From: Spirochaetia bacterium | GTDB lineage: Bacteria; Spirochaetota; Spirochaetia; WTKD01; G963693115 | Direction of reading: 5' to 3' | NCBI GenBank assembly: GCA_965226055.1 | Contig: CBDDCA010000004.1 | Coordinates: 32,001 to 96,000 of the forward strand | DNA length: 64,000 nt | Shown here: positions 40,628-52,076 of the stretch, piece after piece | Numbering within the stretch: position 1 is the first letter of the stretch | Layout of the letters: every line of letters starts with the position of its first letter | Notes under the pieces: model-generated | What the model saw: the letters and a program-made list of their open reading frames with translations, nothing else | Told to the model about the DNA's origin: nothing | Databases searched by the model: none | Translations under genes and position numbers: made by a program

Positions 40628-40700
40628 GCCCTTGTAGCTCAGCTGGTAGAGCACATCCATGGTAAGGATGGGGTCATCGGTTCAAGTCCGATCGAGGGCT
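40628..40700 (+). tRNA. tRNA-Thr(GGT)
   Basis: Acceptor GCCCTTG/CGAGGGC, anticodon stem CATCC/GGATG with loop ATGGTAA, T-loop GGTTCAAGTCC; CCA not encoded. Confidence 0.95.
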
Positions 40701-40702
40701 TT

Positions 40703-40775
40703 AGGTCAGTAGCTCCAATGGTAGAGCGACGGTCTCCAAAACCGTATGTTGTAGGTTCGAATCCTACCTGACCTG
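40703..40775 (+). tRNA. tRNA-Trp(CCA)
   Basis: Acceptor AGGTCAG/CTGACCT, anticodon stem ACGGT/ACCGT with loop CTCCAAA, GGTTCGAATCC; lies directly upstream of secE. Confidence 0.95.
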
Positions 40776-40802
40776 AATAATAAAGTGATATAAGGTGTAA
40801 GT

Positions 40803-40988
40803 ATGAAAAAAATAAAAACATTTATTAAAGAGTGTATTAGTGAGTTAAAAAAAGCGAGTTGGCCAACAAAGGATGATGTTATTCTTTCTACACGCGTAGT
40901 AGTAATATCTGTAACAGTATTGGCGATTATTTTAGGTTTTGCAGATTATTTTTTATTCTCAAGCCTAAATTTTCTTTTTGGCTTATAA
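40803..40988 (+). CDS. secE: Preprotein translocase subunit SecE
   Basis: FIKECISELKKASWPT plus one TM helix; synteny. Confidence 0.93.
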   Translation: MKKIKTFIKECISELKKASWPTKDDVILSTRVVVISVTVLAIILGFADYFLFSSLNFLFGL

Positions 40989-41027
40989 TATAGTAATCTA
41001 TTAAATAATAAAATGGAACTGTAAATA

Positions 41028-41582
41028 ATGAGTAAAAAATGGTATGTAGCTCGAGCTGTTTCAGGGCAAGAAAATAAAGTAGTCAATCTTATTCAATCAA
41101 TGAAAGAAACGGGAGATTTTCCTGTTGAAGTCGGAGGTGTTCATATACCGGTAGAAATTATATCTATGTCACGGAAAGGAAAGCAGTATCAACAAAAAAG
41201 AAGGTTGATTCCAGGATATTTTCTTATGGAAATAGATTTTCCTGATGCTGGGTGGCATTCTATGGTTATGTATCTTAGAAATATAGATGGGTTTATTGGT
41301 TTTGCAAGTGTAACAGGAAAAGAAGATAAGCCGCAACCTATCACTGAAGAGGAAGCAAAAGGCTTGCTTGATTACGGCAAAGGAGCTTCAAAAACAACAT
41401 TAGCTGTGAAGCAGTTATATGCAAAGGGAGAAGTAATTAAAATAGTGAAGGGGGCATTTAGCTCTTTTAATGGAACAATAGTAGAAGTTGTGCCAGAATC
41501 AGAGCTGTTGCGAGTAGAAGTTGAAATATTTGGTCGTGTAACTCCCATAGAGTTAGAATACGATCAAGTAGAAAAAATATAA
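41028..41582 (+). CDS. nusG: Transcription termination/antitermination factor NusG
   Basis: WYV...SGQENKV, PGY, KOW motif, VEIFGRVTPIELEYDQVEK. Confidence 0.95.
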   Translation: MSKKWYVARAVSGQENKVVNLIQSMKETGDFPVEVGGVHIPVEIISMSRKGKQYQQKRRLIPGYFLMEIDFPDAGWHSMVMYLRNIDGFIGFASVTGKEDKPQPITEEEAKGLLDYGKGASKTTLAVKQLYAKGEVIKIVKGAFSSFNGTIVEVVPESELLRVEVEIFGRVTPIELEYDQVEKI

Positions 41583-41621
41583 AATAAAACATGCTAATTT
41601 GCATGGGAGAGAGAAATAAAA

Positions 41622-41714
41622 ATGTGGGAGTTTGTATATAACTAAATGAAAGGCATACTGCTTTGCTTAAATGAGAGCTTTGCTGTTTAGTGAAAAACAA
41701 ACATTGTACCACAT
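41622..41714 (+). promoter_or_regulatory. Putative L1-binding autoregulatory leader upstream of rplK
   Basis: ATGTGG-GAG-TTTGT ... ACAAAC-ATTGT-ACCACAT can pair, leaving a GGAG internal loop next to the rplK SD. Confidence 0.45.
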
Positions 41715-41723
41715 GGAGGTAAT

Positions 41724-42152
41724 ATGGCTAAAGAAATATTTCGTCAAGTCAAGTTTCAGGTAGCTGCAGGAAAAGCAACTCCAGCACCACCAGTAGGAAC
41801 AGCACTTGGCCCTTTAGGAGTGGCAGCTCCTCAGTTTTGTACTCAATTTAATGAGCGAACAAAAAATATTGAACAAGGAATGAAAGTGCCTGTTGTAGTA
41901 ACGGTATATGAAGATCGTTCTTTTAGTTTTGTAGTAAAAACACCCCCTGCGGCGGTGTTGATAAAAAAGGAACTGGGACTCGAAAAAGGGTCAGCAGTAC
42001 CTCATACAACAAAAGTAGCAACTATCAATCAAGAGCAGTTACGTAAGATAGCTGATATAAAGCTCCCTGATCTCAGTGCTAACAGTGTTGAACAGGCAAT
42101 GAAAATTATTGCAGGAACCGCGCGTAGTATGGGCGTAAAGGTGGAAGGGTAG
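41724..42152 (+). CDS. rplK: 50S ribosomal protein L11
   Basis: [24 protein letters not shown]. Confidence 0.97.
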   Translation: MAKEIFRQVKFQVAAGKATPAPPVGTALGPLGVAAPQFCTQFNERTKNIEQGMKVPVVVTVYEDRSFSFVVKTPPAAVLIKKELGLEKGSAVPHTTKVATINQEQLRKIADIKLPDLSANSVEQAMKIIAGTARSMGVKVEG

Positions 42153-42155
42153 CAT

Positions 42156-42836
42156 ATGTCAGCAAAAAAAGTGAGTAAAAGAAAAAAAAGCCTTAATGTA
42201 CTTGTTGATAAAAATAAGCTATATACAAGTAATGAAGCAGCAAAGTTAGTAAAAGAAACTGCTACTGCAAAATTTGATGAAAGCATTGAAATATCAATTA
42301 AGGTAAATATTAAAAAAGGGCAGAGTGTACGTGATACTATGGTATTGCCATATCAAGTAAGTAAAGAACAGAAAATTCTTGTGTTTGCACGTGGCGATAA
42401 AGCAAGCGAAGCAAGTGAAGCTGGGGCAAGTTATGTAGGAGATACTGATCTTATTCAGAAAATTCAGGGGGGATGGATGGATTTTGATGTAGTCATTGCT
42501 ACTCCTGATATGATGAAAGATGTAGGGAGGTTAGGTCCCATTCTTGGAAGAAGAGGGCTTATGCCAAACCCTAAAACAAAAACAGTTACCGTTGATGTTG
42601 CTCAGGCAGTAAAGGAGCTACAAAAAGGACGTCTTGAAATTCGTGCCGATAAAACAGGAGTAATACATCTTGTGGTAGGAAAAGCATCTATGGACATACA
42701 AAGCATTGCTGAGAATATTGAAGCTGTTATGAAAGAAGTAAAAACAAAAAAGCCTGCAGAAGCAAAAGGAGAGTTTATTATCTCTGTAGCTATAGCTTCA
42801 ACTATGGGGCCAGGAATAAAAATAGTATCAATATAG
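42156..42836 (+). CDS. rplA: 50S ribosomal protein L1
   Basis: KFDES, LGRRGLMPNPK, STMGPG. Confidence 0.97.
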   Translation: MSAKKVSKRKKSLNVLVDKNKLYTSNEAAKLVKETATAKFDESIEISIKVNIKKGQSVRDTMVLPYQVSKEQKILVFARGDKASEASEAGASYVGDTDLIQKIQGGWMDFDVVIATPDMMKDVGRLGPILGRRGLMPNPKTKTVTVDVAQAVKELQKGRLEIRADKTGVIHLVVGKASMDIQSIAENIEAVMKEVKTKKPAEAKGEFIISVAIASTMGPGIKIVSI

Positions 42837-42894
42837 TATACAAATGAGTAGTATATTGGTATACATACCGTAAAAAAAGTATTTAGGAGGAAAA

Positions 42895-43419
42895 ATGAAG
42901 CCAGGAAGAATGCAAAGACAAGAGAAAGTAGAGAAAATAAAGCAGTATCTTGATAATTCAGATTCTTTTGTTATTAGTGATTACAGAGGACTTACTGTTG
43001 AACAGATAAGTGAAATACGCAGAGAACTTATGAAACATGAGGCAGAAATGCATGTTCATAAGAATAGATTTATAAAAATAGCCTTAAAAGACAAAGAGTA
43101 TCCCCAAGAAGTGATAGAGCAAATGACAGGGCCAAATGCTGTTGTGTATATACAAGGAGATATAAGTGCAGTACTTAAAACATTATTTGGATATGTCAAA
43201 AAAGAGTATCCTATTGAAGTACGTGGTTCATATGTAGATACTGGATTCTTAGATAAACAACAATCAGAAACATTATCAAAATTACCAAGCAAAGAGGTTA
43301 TGCTTGCTATGGTAATGGGGACCATGCAAGCTCCAGTGAGAAACTTGGCTTCAGGATTACAAGAAGTTATAGCGAGTTTTGCAAGAGCAGTACAAGCTGT
43401 AGCAGATTCAAAAAAGTAA
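42895..43419 (+). CDS. rplJ: 50S ribosomal protein L10
   Basis: DYRGLTV, KN, LSKLPSKE; synteny. Confidence 0.95.
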   Translation: MKPGRMQRQEKVEKIKQYLDNSDSFVISDYRGLTVEQISEIRRELMKHEAEMHVHKNRFIKIALKDKEYPQEVIEQMTGPNAVVYIQGDISAVLKTLFGYVKKEYPIEVRGSYVDTGFLDKQQSETLSKLPSKEVMLAMVMGTMQAPVRNLASGLQEVIASFARAVQAVADSKK

Positions 43420-43487
43420 AATAAAATTCGATTTTAGTCTTCTATAGTAAGCCTGCTATTGTCGAATAAAAAAAAGGAGAAGATAAT

Positions 43488-43871
43488 ATGGCGTTAACAA
43501 AAGATGAATTGTTGGAAGCTATTTCCAATATGTCAGTATTAGAGCTTTCAGAGCTTGTAAAAGCAATGGAAGAGAAATTTGGTGTTTCTGCTGCAGCCCC
43601 TGTTGCAGTTGCTGCTGCTCCAGCTCAAGGAGGCGGAGATGGTGGTGCTGATGCAGAAGAAAAAACGAGTTTTGATGTAGTTATTAAGTCAGTGTCTCAG
43701 AAAATACCAGTAATTAAAGTAGTAAAAACTATTACTGGACTCGGACTTAAAGAAACAAAAGAGCTTGTTGAAGGTGAAAACCAAAAAATAAAAAGTGGTA
43801 TTCCAAAAGCAGAAGCTGAGGATATCAAAAAGAAAGTGGAAGAAGCTGGCGCTACTGTAGAAATAGTATAA
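43488..43871 (+). CDS. rplL: 50S ribosomal protein L7/L12
   Basis: [30 protein letters not shown]. Confidence 0.97.
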   Translation: MALTKDELLEAISNMSVLELSELVKAMEEKFGVSAAAPVAVAAAPAQGGGDGGADAEEKTSFDVVIKSVSQKIPVIKVVKTITGLGLKETKELVEGENQKIKSGIPKAEAEDIKKKVEEAGATVEIV

Positions 43872-43901
43872 GCAAGCTATTCTTTATATTACAATTTTTT
43901 A

Positions 43902-43934
43902 TACCTCTTTTTTCTTCACAAGAAAAAAGAGGTA
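43902..43934 (+). terminator. Hairpin (attenuator/terminator) between rplL and rpoB
   Basis: tacctcttttttctt-cac-aagaaaaaagaggta perfect inverted repeat. Confidence 0.65.
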
Positions 43935-43955
43935 CATCTACTATATGGAGGCATA

Positions 43956-46900
43956 ATGATTGCACCTAAAAATGCAGTGGGACGACAAAATCTTAGTGAT
44001 ACTGATGGGCGTTATGATATAGATATCCCAAACCTCATAGGAATACAACTCAATTCATTTGAAAATTTTATTCAGTTATCCCGTATTAAAAAAGGGGAAG
44101 AATTAAAAAATCAAGGATTAGAAGAGATTTTTAAGGAAGTATTTCCCATTGAAAGTAATAAAGGAGCGTTGATACTAGAATATAGTTCCTATTTTCTAGA
44201 GTTTGATAAGGTAGTATATACCCCAAAAGAATGTATGGAAAAAGGAATAAGTTACGCAGCTCCCTTACTCATTCGTGTAAGTTTATTTTCAAAAGAAACA
44301 GGAGAGATACGTGAACGTGAACTCTATTTAGGAGATATGCCTCTTATGACTGAGCGTGGAACTTTTATTATCAATGGGGCAGAACGTGTAATGGTAAGTC
44401 AAATACACAGAAGTCCTGGGGTAGTGTTTGAGTGGGGAGGAAGTAGTAGAATACGTGAATCTCTTACTGCTCGGATTATTCCGTATCGTGGTTCTTGGAT
44501 AGAGTTTGAAATTGATGTGAGAAAAAAATGTGTGTGGGTGCGTATTGATAAATACTCTAAGGTGCTTGCTACTCTGTTTTTACGTATGGTAGGCTTTGAT
44601 ACTCGAGAGAGTATTGTGAGTGCTTTTTACTCTGATAGTGAAATGGTGGATATTACAAAAGTACCTGCTGTAGAGTTGGATGGTCGAGTTTTGTACAAAA
44701 CTATAGTAGTAAAAGATGAAGATGATACTATTCTTTTTAAGAAACTTGCAGGAGAAAAAATTCTTGTTGCTGATATTGATGATATGTTAGCGTCAGGCAT
44801 AAAAAAAATATCTCTTATTAAAGGTATTGATTCTTCACAGACAACTGATATGCTACTCTTAAATTGTTTTGAGCAAGAACTGGCATTGCACCAAGAAGCA
44901 GGGGAATTAGAACCTCAATTTGAAAGAGTATGTAAGGTATTTATTACGGCCTTAAAAATGAGTGATCGTAATGAGCCCGAGATTGCACAAAAAGAACTGC
45001 ACGGTATGTTCTTTGATAGTAAACGCTATGATTTAGGGAGTGTTGGTCGGTATAAAATAAACAAAAAACTGAACTATAAGAAAGATATTAAAGATACTAC
45101 CCTCATGCAAGAGGATTTAGTACATACTCTCAAGCATCTTATAAAGCTGTATAAAGGAGAGGAACAGGTTGATGATATAGATCATTTAGGAAATAGAAGA
45201 GTAAGAGCAGTAGGAGAACTGATAGGGCTTGAGTTTAAGAAAGCACTTATCCGTGTCTCAAGAAATGCAAAAGAAAAACTTTCAATAAAAGAGAGGCGAA
45301 GTGACTTAAAAATACAAGATTTACTCACTATAAAACCTATACTGAGTGCAATTAAAGAATTTTTTGGTTCATCGCAATTATGTCAATTTATGGATGAAAT
45401 AAATCCTCTGGCAACGCTTACTCATAAAAGACGATTAAATGCGCTAGGTCCTGGAGGACTTACAAGAGAAAGAGCAGGTTTTGATGTTCGTGATATTCAT
45501 TTTTCTCATTATGGGAGAGTGTGTCCTATTGAATCGCCCGAAGGTCCTAATATTGGGCTTATTATGTCTCTGACAAACTATGCACAGGTAAATGAATATG
45601 GTTTCTTAGAAACTCCGTATCGAAAAGTAGAAAAAGGAAAAGTAACTAATAAAATAGAATATCTTTCTGCAATGGAAGAAGATTATTCTATCATTGTACA
45701 GTCTGATGCGATATTGAATAAAGATGGTACTTTTAAGCAAAAATTAGTGCCAGCACGAAGTAAAGGAGATTATTTTAATGCTTCTCCTGATGAAGTGCAG
45801 TTTATGGAGGTGTCTCCTAAACAGTTAGTGTCTGTATCTACTTCGCTTATTCCTTTTCTTGAGCATGATGATGCAAACCGTGCTCTTATGGGTTCAAATA
45901 TGCAACGTCAAGCAGTGCCTTTGCTGAAGCCACAGGCTCCTAGGGTAGGGACAGGTATGGAGCTTAAGGCAGCATATGATTCTGGAGTAGTACAAATAGC
46001 AAAAAGAGCTGGTCAAGTCAAGAAAATTACAAACGATGTTATAGAAATAGTTTCTAAAAATGAAAATGCAAAAGAGCATATTGATACATATCCTCTTATT
46101 AAATATAAGCGTACAAATCAGGATACATGTTATTCTCAAAGGCCTGTCGTAAAAGTAAATCAAAATATCAAAGAAGGAGAAATTATTTCCGATGGTCCTT
46201 CTACTGATGGGGGAGAGTTAGCTTTAGGTCGTAATGTGCTTGTAGGATTTTTGCCATGGAATGGGTATAATTTTGAGGATGCTATTGTAGTGTCTGAACG
46301 TGTTGTTCAAGAAGATGCGTTTACTTCTATTCACTTGAAAGAATTTCAGGTTGAAGTACATGAAACGAGACAAGGGGTAGAAATAATAACAAATGATATT
46401 CCTAATGTATCAGAAAGAATTTTGGGTAAACTTGATGATACAGGCATTATAACAGTAGGATCAAAAGTATATGCAAATGATATTTTAGTAGGAAAAATAA
46501 GTCCAAAAGCTGATTCTGAAATAGAACCAGAAAAAAGATTGATAACACATGTATTTGGTGAAAAAGGAAAAGAAGTACGCGATACTTCTTTGCGTTTGCC
46601 TCATGGTGTTGATGGTACTGTTATTGATGTCAAGCGATTGTCTCGAGAAACAGGGGATAGATTATCACCAGGAGTACAAGAAGTAGTAAAAGTTATTATT
46701 GCAGCAAAACGAAGATTAAAAGAAGGGGATAAAATGGCAGGGCGTCACGGAAACAAGGGAGTAATTGCAAAAATTGTTCCTGTAGAAGACATGCCTTATA
46801 TGGAAGATGGTACCCCGCTTGATATTTGTTTAAGTCCCTTAGGAGTGCCTTCACGTATGAATATTGGACAATTACTGGAAGCTGAGCTTGGCTTTGCAGT

Positions 46901-47471
46901 GCATAAATTGGATAAGTATGTTACTACGCCTATTTTTGAATCAGCGACACGTGAAAAAATCAATGAGTTGAAAAAAGAGGCAGGTATTCCAGAGTCGAGT
47001 AAGGTTACTTTGTATGACGGAAAAACAGGAGAAGCCTTACAAAATCCTGTAACAGTTGGAGTATTGTATATGTTAAAGTTGCATCATCTTGTTGATGAAA
47101 AAATGCATGCACGTTGTACTGGTACTTACTCTCTTGTTACACAGCAACCACTTGGAGGAAAAGCACAGTTTGGCGGACAGCGGCTAGGAGAGATGGAAGT
47201 ATGGGCATTGGAAGCATATGGTGCTTCTCATACATTGAATGAATTTATGACAGTAAAATCTGATGATTTACAAGGGCGATTGAAGATTTATGAATCTATC
47301 GTGAAAGGAAAAAATTATACCGAAGGGGGAGTGCCAGAATCATTTCGGGTTCTTATGCACGAGTTGCGTGGTTTGGGCTTAAATATTACTGTATTTTCTC
47401 CGTCAGGAAATCAAGTAGCTTTAACTGAAAGAGATGATGAAATTATCAAAAAAATGGAACAGAGTTTTTAG
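43956..47471 (+). CDS. rpoB: RNA polymerase beta subunit
   Basis: GTFIINGAERV, GDKMAGRHGNKG, GGQRLGEMEVWALEAYGA. Confidence 0.98.
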   Translation: MIAPKNAVGRQNLSDTDGRYDIDIPNLIGIQLNSFENFIQLSRIKKGEELKNQGLEEIFKEVFPIESNKGALILEYSSYFLEFDKVVYTPKECMEKGISYAAPLLIRVSLFSKETGEIRERELYLGDMPLMTERGTFIINGAERVMVSQIHRSPGVVFEWGGSSRIRESLTARIIPYRGSWIEFEIDVRKKCVWVRIDKYSKVLATLFLRMVGFDTRESIVSAFYSDSEMVDITKVPAVELDGRVLYKTIVVKDEDDTILFKKLAGEKILVADIDDMLASGIKKISLIKGIDSSQTTDMLLLNCFEQELALHQEAGELEPQFERVCKVFITALKMSDRNEPEIAQKELHGMFFDSKRYDLGSVGRYKINKKLNYKKDIKDTTLMQEDLVHTLKHLIKLYKGEEQVDDIDHLGNRRVRAVGELIGLEFKKALIRVSRNAKEKLSIKERRSDLKIQDLLTIKPILSAIKEFFGSSQLCQFMDEINPLATLTHKRRLNALGPGGLTRERAGFDVRDIHFSHYGRVCPIESPEGPNIGLIMSLTNYAQVNEYGFLETPYRKVEKGKVTNKIEYLSAMEEDYSIIVQSDAILNKDGTFKQKLVPARSKGDYFNASPDEVQFMEVSPKQLVSVSTSLIPFLEHDDANRALMGSNMQRQAVPLLKPQAPRVGTGMELKAAYDSGVVQIAKRAGQVKKITNDVIEIVSKNENAKEHIDTYPLIKYKRTNQDTCYSQRPVVKVNQNIKEGEIISDGPSTDGGELALGRNVLVGFLPWNGYNFEDAIVVSERVVQEDAFTSIHLKEFQVEVHETRQGVEIITNDIPNVSERILGKLDDTGIITVGSKVYANDILVGKISPKADSEIEPEKRLITHVFGEKGKEVRDTSLRLPHGVDGTVIDVKRLSRETGDRLSPGVQEVVKVIIAAKRRLKEGDKMAGRHGNKGVIAKIVPVEDMPYMEDGTPLDICLSPLGVPSRMNIGQLLEAELGFAVHKLDKYVTTPIFESATREKINELKKEAGIPESSKVTLYDGKTGEALQNPVTVGVLYMLKLHHLVDEKMHARCTGTYSLVTQQPLGGKAQFGGQRLGEMEVWALEAYGASHTLNEFMTVKSDDLQGRLKIYESIVKGKNYTEGGVPESFRVLMHELRGLGLNITVFSPSGNQVALTERDDEIIKKMEQSF

Positions 47472-47534
47472 AGATTATGTTTACAGTAGTAGCATATAAG
47501 AGATACATAGTAAAATAAAGTAGGAGTGCAGTGT

Positions 47535-50500
47535 ATGCAAAAATTTTCAGCAGCAAACTTAGATATAGATAATGTAAAATTAAGCTTAGCTTCTCCAGAA
47601 CAGATTCGTTCGTGGAGCTATGGTGAGGTAAAAACACAAGAAACAATAAACTATCGAACTCTTAAGCCCGAAAAAGACGGTCTTTTTTGTGAAAAAATAT
47701 TTGGCACTACAAAGGATTGGGAATGTCAATGTGGAAAATTTAAGTCAAGTCGTTATAAAGGCGTTATTTGTGATAGGTGTGGAGTAGAGGTAACTCATAG
47801 TAAACTGAGGCGTGAGCGTATGGGAAGTATAGAGTTAGTTTCTCCTGTTGCTCATGTATGGGTATATAAATCTGTGCCTTCTAAGCTAGGAGATTTTTTA
47901 GGTATTTCTGGTGCTAATTTACGTTCAGTATTATTATATGATAAATATATAGTTGTAGATCCAGGGAATACTGATCGTAAGCAAATGGATGTCATCAGTA
48001 AACGAGAATATGAAGATTTAGAGCAACGAAATGTTGAATTTTCAGTAGGAAAAGGAGCAGAAACAATAAAACAGCTTCTTATGCAGATAGATTTAGAACA
48101 GCTTATTCAAGATCTTAGGCGTGAAATGAAAGAAAAGGATAGTAAATCTAATTCTCAGTTGCTAAGACGTCTTGAAATAGCTGAGCAATTTCGTCATTCA
48201 GGAAATAAGCCTTCATGGATGATCATGGATGTTATTCCAGTTATTCCTCCTGATTTACGTCCTATGGTGCAATTAGATGGAGGTCGTTTTGCAACCTCTG
48301 ACTTAAATGATTTATATCGCCGTGTTATTCGGACAAATGATCGTGTAAGAAAAATGATTTCTATTCGTGCTCCACAAATTATGATAGAAAATGAAAAGCG
48401 AATGTTACAACAAGCAGTAGATGTACTGTTTGATAATACCAAAGATACAAAACTTACGACAGGAAGAAAATCGAAATGCCTAGCTGATATGCTACGAGGA
48501 AAGCAAGGAAGATTTCGACAAAATCTTTTAGGAAAACGAGTTGATTATTCTGGACGTTCGGTGGTGGTAGTGGGGCCTGAGCTAAAAATTCATCAGTGCG
48601 GAGTGCCTGTAAAAATGGCAATGGAACTGTTTAAGCCGTTTATTGAGCAAAAACTTATTGATAAGGGAGTTGTATTTAATGTTAAACGTGCAAGAACGCT
48701 TATTGAACAAGAAGCTGAAGAAGTGTATGAAATACTTGATGAGGTAGTAAGCGAGCATCCAGTACTGCTTAATCGAGCTCCTACTCTCCATAGGTTAGGG
48801 TTTCAAGCCTTTGAACCTATATTGGTAGAAGGGAAAGCATTGCGACTTCATCCGCTTGTATGTCATGCATACAATGCTGATTTTGATGGAGATCAAATGG
48901 CGATACACATACCTCTTTCACAGGCATCACAAACGGAATGTTGGGGGCTTATGTTATCTGCTCGAAATTTACTCAATCCTGCCAATGGAGAGCCAATTGT
49001 CTTTCCTTCACAGGACATGGTATTAGGAAATTATTATCTTACAGGAATACGTAAGGGAGCAAAAGGAGAAGGGAAGCGGTTTAGAAATACACAAGAGGTT
49101 ATGTTTGCACTAGAATCTGGATATGTAGATTATCAAGCATGTATTGTAGTACGACATAGAGGAAAATTGCTTGAAACTACGCCTGGACGTATTATTTTTT
49201 CTTCTGCATTACCAAATGAAATTCCATTTCAAAATAAGACTTTTGATGAAAAAGCACTGCGTACTCTTATCAGCACCGTATATAATGAATATGGTACTGC
49301 TATTTTGGTTGATATGCTTGATATTCTTAAAGAGTTAGGATTTAAGTATTCTACTTTGTTTGGATCTACTATTGGGGTAGGTGATATTATTATTCCTGAT
49401 AATAAACCAGAGCTTATTAAAAATGCAGATAAAGAAATTACAAATATACAAAATCAATATCAATCAGGAATTATTACAAACGAAGAGCGCTATAATCGTG
49501 TAGTAGAAATTTGGAATAAGACAAATAATCAGCTTACTGATGATCTTATGGATAATCTTGAGAGGGATATGAATGGATATAATCCTATATTTGTTATGGC
49601 ACATTCAGGAGCAAGAGGAAGTAAAAATCAAATACGACAGCTTGGAGGAATGCGCGGTCTTATGGCAAAGCCTTCGGGGGATATTATTGAACTTCCTATT
49701 CGTTCTAATTTTAAGGAAGGTTTGAGTGTATTAGAGTTTTTTATTTCTACTAATGGGGCAAGGAAAGGGTTGGCAGATACTGCTCTTAAAACAGCGGATG
49801 CAGGGTATCTTACGAGACGGCTTGTGGATATTGCACAAAATGTAGTGGTGTCTACCGAAGATTGTGGTACTATTAATGGAATAGAGGTAAGAGCAATTAA
49901 AGATGGGGAAGAGATAGTCGAATCTCTTGCTGATCGTATTAAAGGATGTTATACGCTTGAACGTGTTATACATCCTATTTCAAATGAAATGGTGCTTGAT
50001 ATTAACTCAGAAATAACCGAAGAGAAAGCAAAATATATAGAAGAAATAGGGATAGAACAGGTAATTATTCGTTCGGTGCTTACTTGTGAAGCAAGACATG
50101 GGGTATGTCAAAAATGTTATGGATACGATCTTGCAACTAATCATACCATTGGTATTGGTGAAGCGGTAGGGGTGATTGCTGCACAATCTATTGGACAGCC
50201 AGGGACCCAGCTTACTATGAGAACATTTCACGTAGGGGGAGTTGCTACCAGTGAAAACCAAGATAATTCTATTATTCTTAGTTATCCTGTGCTAATAGGA
50301 AGCATCAGTGGGAGTAAGGTAACTTTAGGTGATGGAAGCATCATGATGACACGGAAAGGGTATTTGAAAGTATCGCGTATTTTTAATCAATACTCTCTTT
50401 CTGATGTGAAGAAATTGCATGTGAAAGATGCTCAAAAAGTACCTAAAGATTTTGTTATTGCAGACTTAAAAAATAAAGAAAGTATACATACTGATAAGCC

Positions 50501-51770
50501 TTGTATTGCAAGGGTTATTGATGATATATTATTACTGGTGAATGTGGAGCAGGAAATTGAACTTCGTACTGGAACTAAACTGACAGTAGAAGAAAATCAG
50601 ATAGTAGCAGAGAGAGAGAAAATTGCTGAGTTTGATATTTTTAGCGAACCTATTATTAGTGAGTTTCAGGGATTTGTAAAATATGAAGATATTATTCCCG
50701 GTACTACTATGCGAGAGGAAATAAACCAAGAGACAGGGCGTAGTGAGAAAAAGATTATTGAAACAAATTTGCCTTCTATTAACCCTCGTATTATTGTGCT
50801 TGATCAGAATGGGGAAGAGTTAGGAGTATACTCACTTCCTTTTAATTCTTATCTCAGTATAGATAATGGGCAAGAGGTAGAGATTGGACAGATTATGGCT
50901 AAGATGCCTCAAGAAAGTGTAAAAACACGTGACATTACAGGGGGACTTCCTAAGATTAGTAAGCTCTTTGAAGCTCATAATCCAAAAGAAATATCTGCAG
51001 TGTTAGCTAAAATTGATGGGACAGTGAAAAGTATTCAATCAAAGGATAGGGGGCGTACAGTAGTGATTGAGGATATTTTTGCAAAAAAATATGAACATCA
51101 AATACCGTTAGGAAGGCATATGCTAGTGCGAGCAGGGGATCAAGTAAAGGCAGGAGAACTGCTTTGTGAAGGGGAAATTAGTCCACATGATATGTTAGAT
51201 ATTTTAGGAGAAAATGTATTACAGTTGTTTCTTATCAATGAAATTCAAGAAGTATATCGATTGCAAGGGGTGAATATAAACGATAAGCATATTGGAGTAA
51301 TTATTCGTCAAATGATGCGCATGTTAGAAGTAGTACAGGTAGGAGATACTCCTCTTATTCAAGGGCAGCTTATTGATAGATTTAAGTTTCGTGAAGAGAA
51401 TGAAGCTATTATTAAAAAGGGTGGACAACCAGCTATTGCAAAACCATGTTTGTTAGGAGTAAAGAAAGCAAGTATCAATGTTGATTCTTTCCTTTCTGCT
51501 GCTTCTTTTCAAGAAACAACAAAAGTACTTACCAACAAAGCGATAGAAGGAGCAGTGGATAACCTTAATGGATTAAAAGAAAATCTTATACTAGGGCAGC
51601 TGATTCCTGCTGGGACAGGATTATCGTATTATAGAAATATAGAGTTGTTTGATAAAGATTCAAAAAATCTTGATGATAAAGTGCAAGAAATTTTGGAACA
51701 AAGAGAGTTTGAAAAAGAAGAAATTCGCAAGAATGCTCAAATTGAAGAACAAAATGATCCAGTGTTTTAG
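47535..51770 (+). CDS. rpoC: RNA polymerase beta' subunit
   Basis: Zn finger [26 protein letters not shown]; ATG 47535 follows SD AGGAG. Confidence 0.98.
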   Translation: MQKFSAANLDIDNVKLSLASPEQIRSWSYGEVKTQETINYRTLKPEKDGLFCEKIFGTTKDWECQCGKFKSSRYKGVICDRCGVEVTHSKLRRERMGSIELVSPVAHVWVYKSVPSKLGDFLGISGANLRSVLLYDKYIVVDPGNTDRKQMDVISKREYEDLEQRNVEFSVGKGAETIKQLLMQIDLEQLIQDLRREMKEKDSKSNSQLLRRLEIAEQFRHSGNKPSWMIMDVIPVIPPDLRPMVQLDGGRFATSDLNDLYRRVIRTNDRVRKMISIRAPQIMIENEKRMLQQAVDVLFDNTKDTKLTTGRKSKCLADMLRGKQGRFRQNLLGKRVDYSGRSVVVVGPELKIHQCGVPVKMAMELFKPFIEQKLIDKGVVFNVKRARTLIEQEAEEVYEILDEVVSEHPVLLNRAPTLHRLGFQAFEPILVEGKALRLHPLVCHAYNADFDGDQMAIHIPLSQASQTECWGLMLSARNLLNPANGEPIVFPSQDMVLGNYYLTGIRKGAKGEGKRFRNTQEVMFALESGYVDYQACIVVRHRGKLLETTPGRIIFSSALPNEIPFQNKTFDEKALRTLISTVYNEYGTAILVDMLDILKELGFKYSTLFGSTIGVGDIIIPDNKPELIKNADKEITNIQNQYQSGIITNEERYNRVVEIWNKTNNQLTDDLMDNLERDMNGYNPIFVMAHSGARGSKNQIRQLGGMRGLMAKPSGDIIELPIRSNFKEGLSVLEFFISTNGARKGLADTALKTADAGYLTRRLVDIAQNVVVSTEDCGTINGIEVRAIKDGEEIVESLADRIKGCYTLERVIHPISNEMVLDINSEITEEKAKYIEEIGIEQVIIRSVLTCEARHGVCQKCYGYDLATNHTIGIGEAVGVIAAQSIGQPGTQLTMRTFHVGGVATSENQDNSIILSYPVLIGSISGSKVTLGDGSIMMTRKGYLKVSRIFNQYSLSDVKKLHVKDAQKVPKDFVIADLKNKESIHTDKPCIARVIDDILLLVNVEQEIELRTGTKLTVEENQIVAEREKIAEFDIFSEPIISEFQGFVKYEDIIPGTTMREEINQETGRSEKKIIETNLPSINPRIIVLDQNGEELGVYSLPFNSYLSIDNGQEVEIGQIMAKMPQESVKTRDITGGLPKISKLFEAHNPKEISAVLAKIDGTVKSIQSKDRGRTVVIEDIFAKKYEHQIPLGRHMLVRAGDQVKAGELLCEGEISPHDMLDILGENVLQLFLINEIQEVYRLQGVNINDKHIGVIIRQMMRMLEVVQVGDTPLIQGQLIDRFKFREENEAIIKKGGQPAIAKPCLLGVKKASINVDSFLSAASFQETTKVLTNKAIEGAVDNLNGLKENLILGQLIPAGTGLSYYRNIELFDKDSKNLDDKVQEILEQREFEKEEIRKNAQIEEQNDPVF

Positions 51771-51774
51771 GTAA

Positions 51775-52005
51775 TCAGGGTATGAAACTTACATATGTAC
51801 ACAAACATCCTTTGTGGTAGAGTAGGTCTTTCTTATACTGCTTTGTAAGTGCTACTTGCCTCTGTGCAAGTAATATTTTTGTGTCGAGGCTCTGTAGAAA
51901 AGATGCTATCTTTTGTTGTTCAGGGAGGGAAGGGAGCGTTATTTTTATAGCTGCCAAATTTGTAGAATTTATGGCAGGATAGTGTGAAAATCTTTCATGT
52001 CGCAT
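51775..52005 (-). pseudogene. Type I R-M specificity subunit (HsdS) C-terminal fragment
   Basis: YPAINSTNL..IKITLPSLPEQQKIASFLQSLDTKI...KQYKKDLL conserved HsdS helix; no TRD, no hsdM/R nearby. Confidence 0.75.
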
Positions 52006-52076
52006 GTAATGCTTGAACTCGTGATTTGTATGTCTATAGCCTCTACAATTTGTTTTGTATTTGTTATAATCTATCT

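Noticed and set aside
40639-40821. 60-aa minus-strand ORF
   Set aside because: It is the reverse complement of two tRNA genes.
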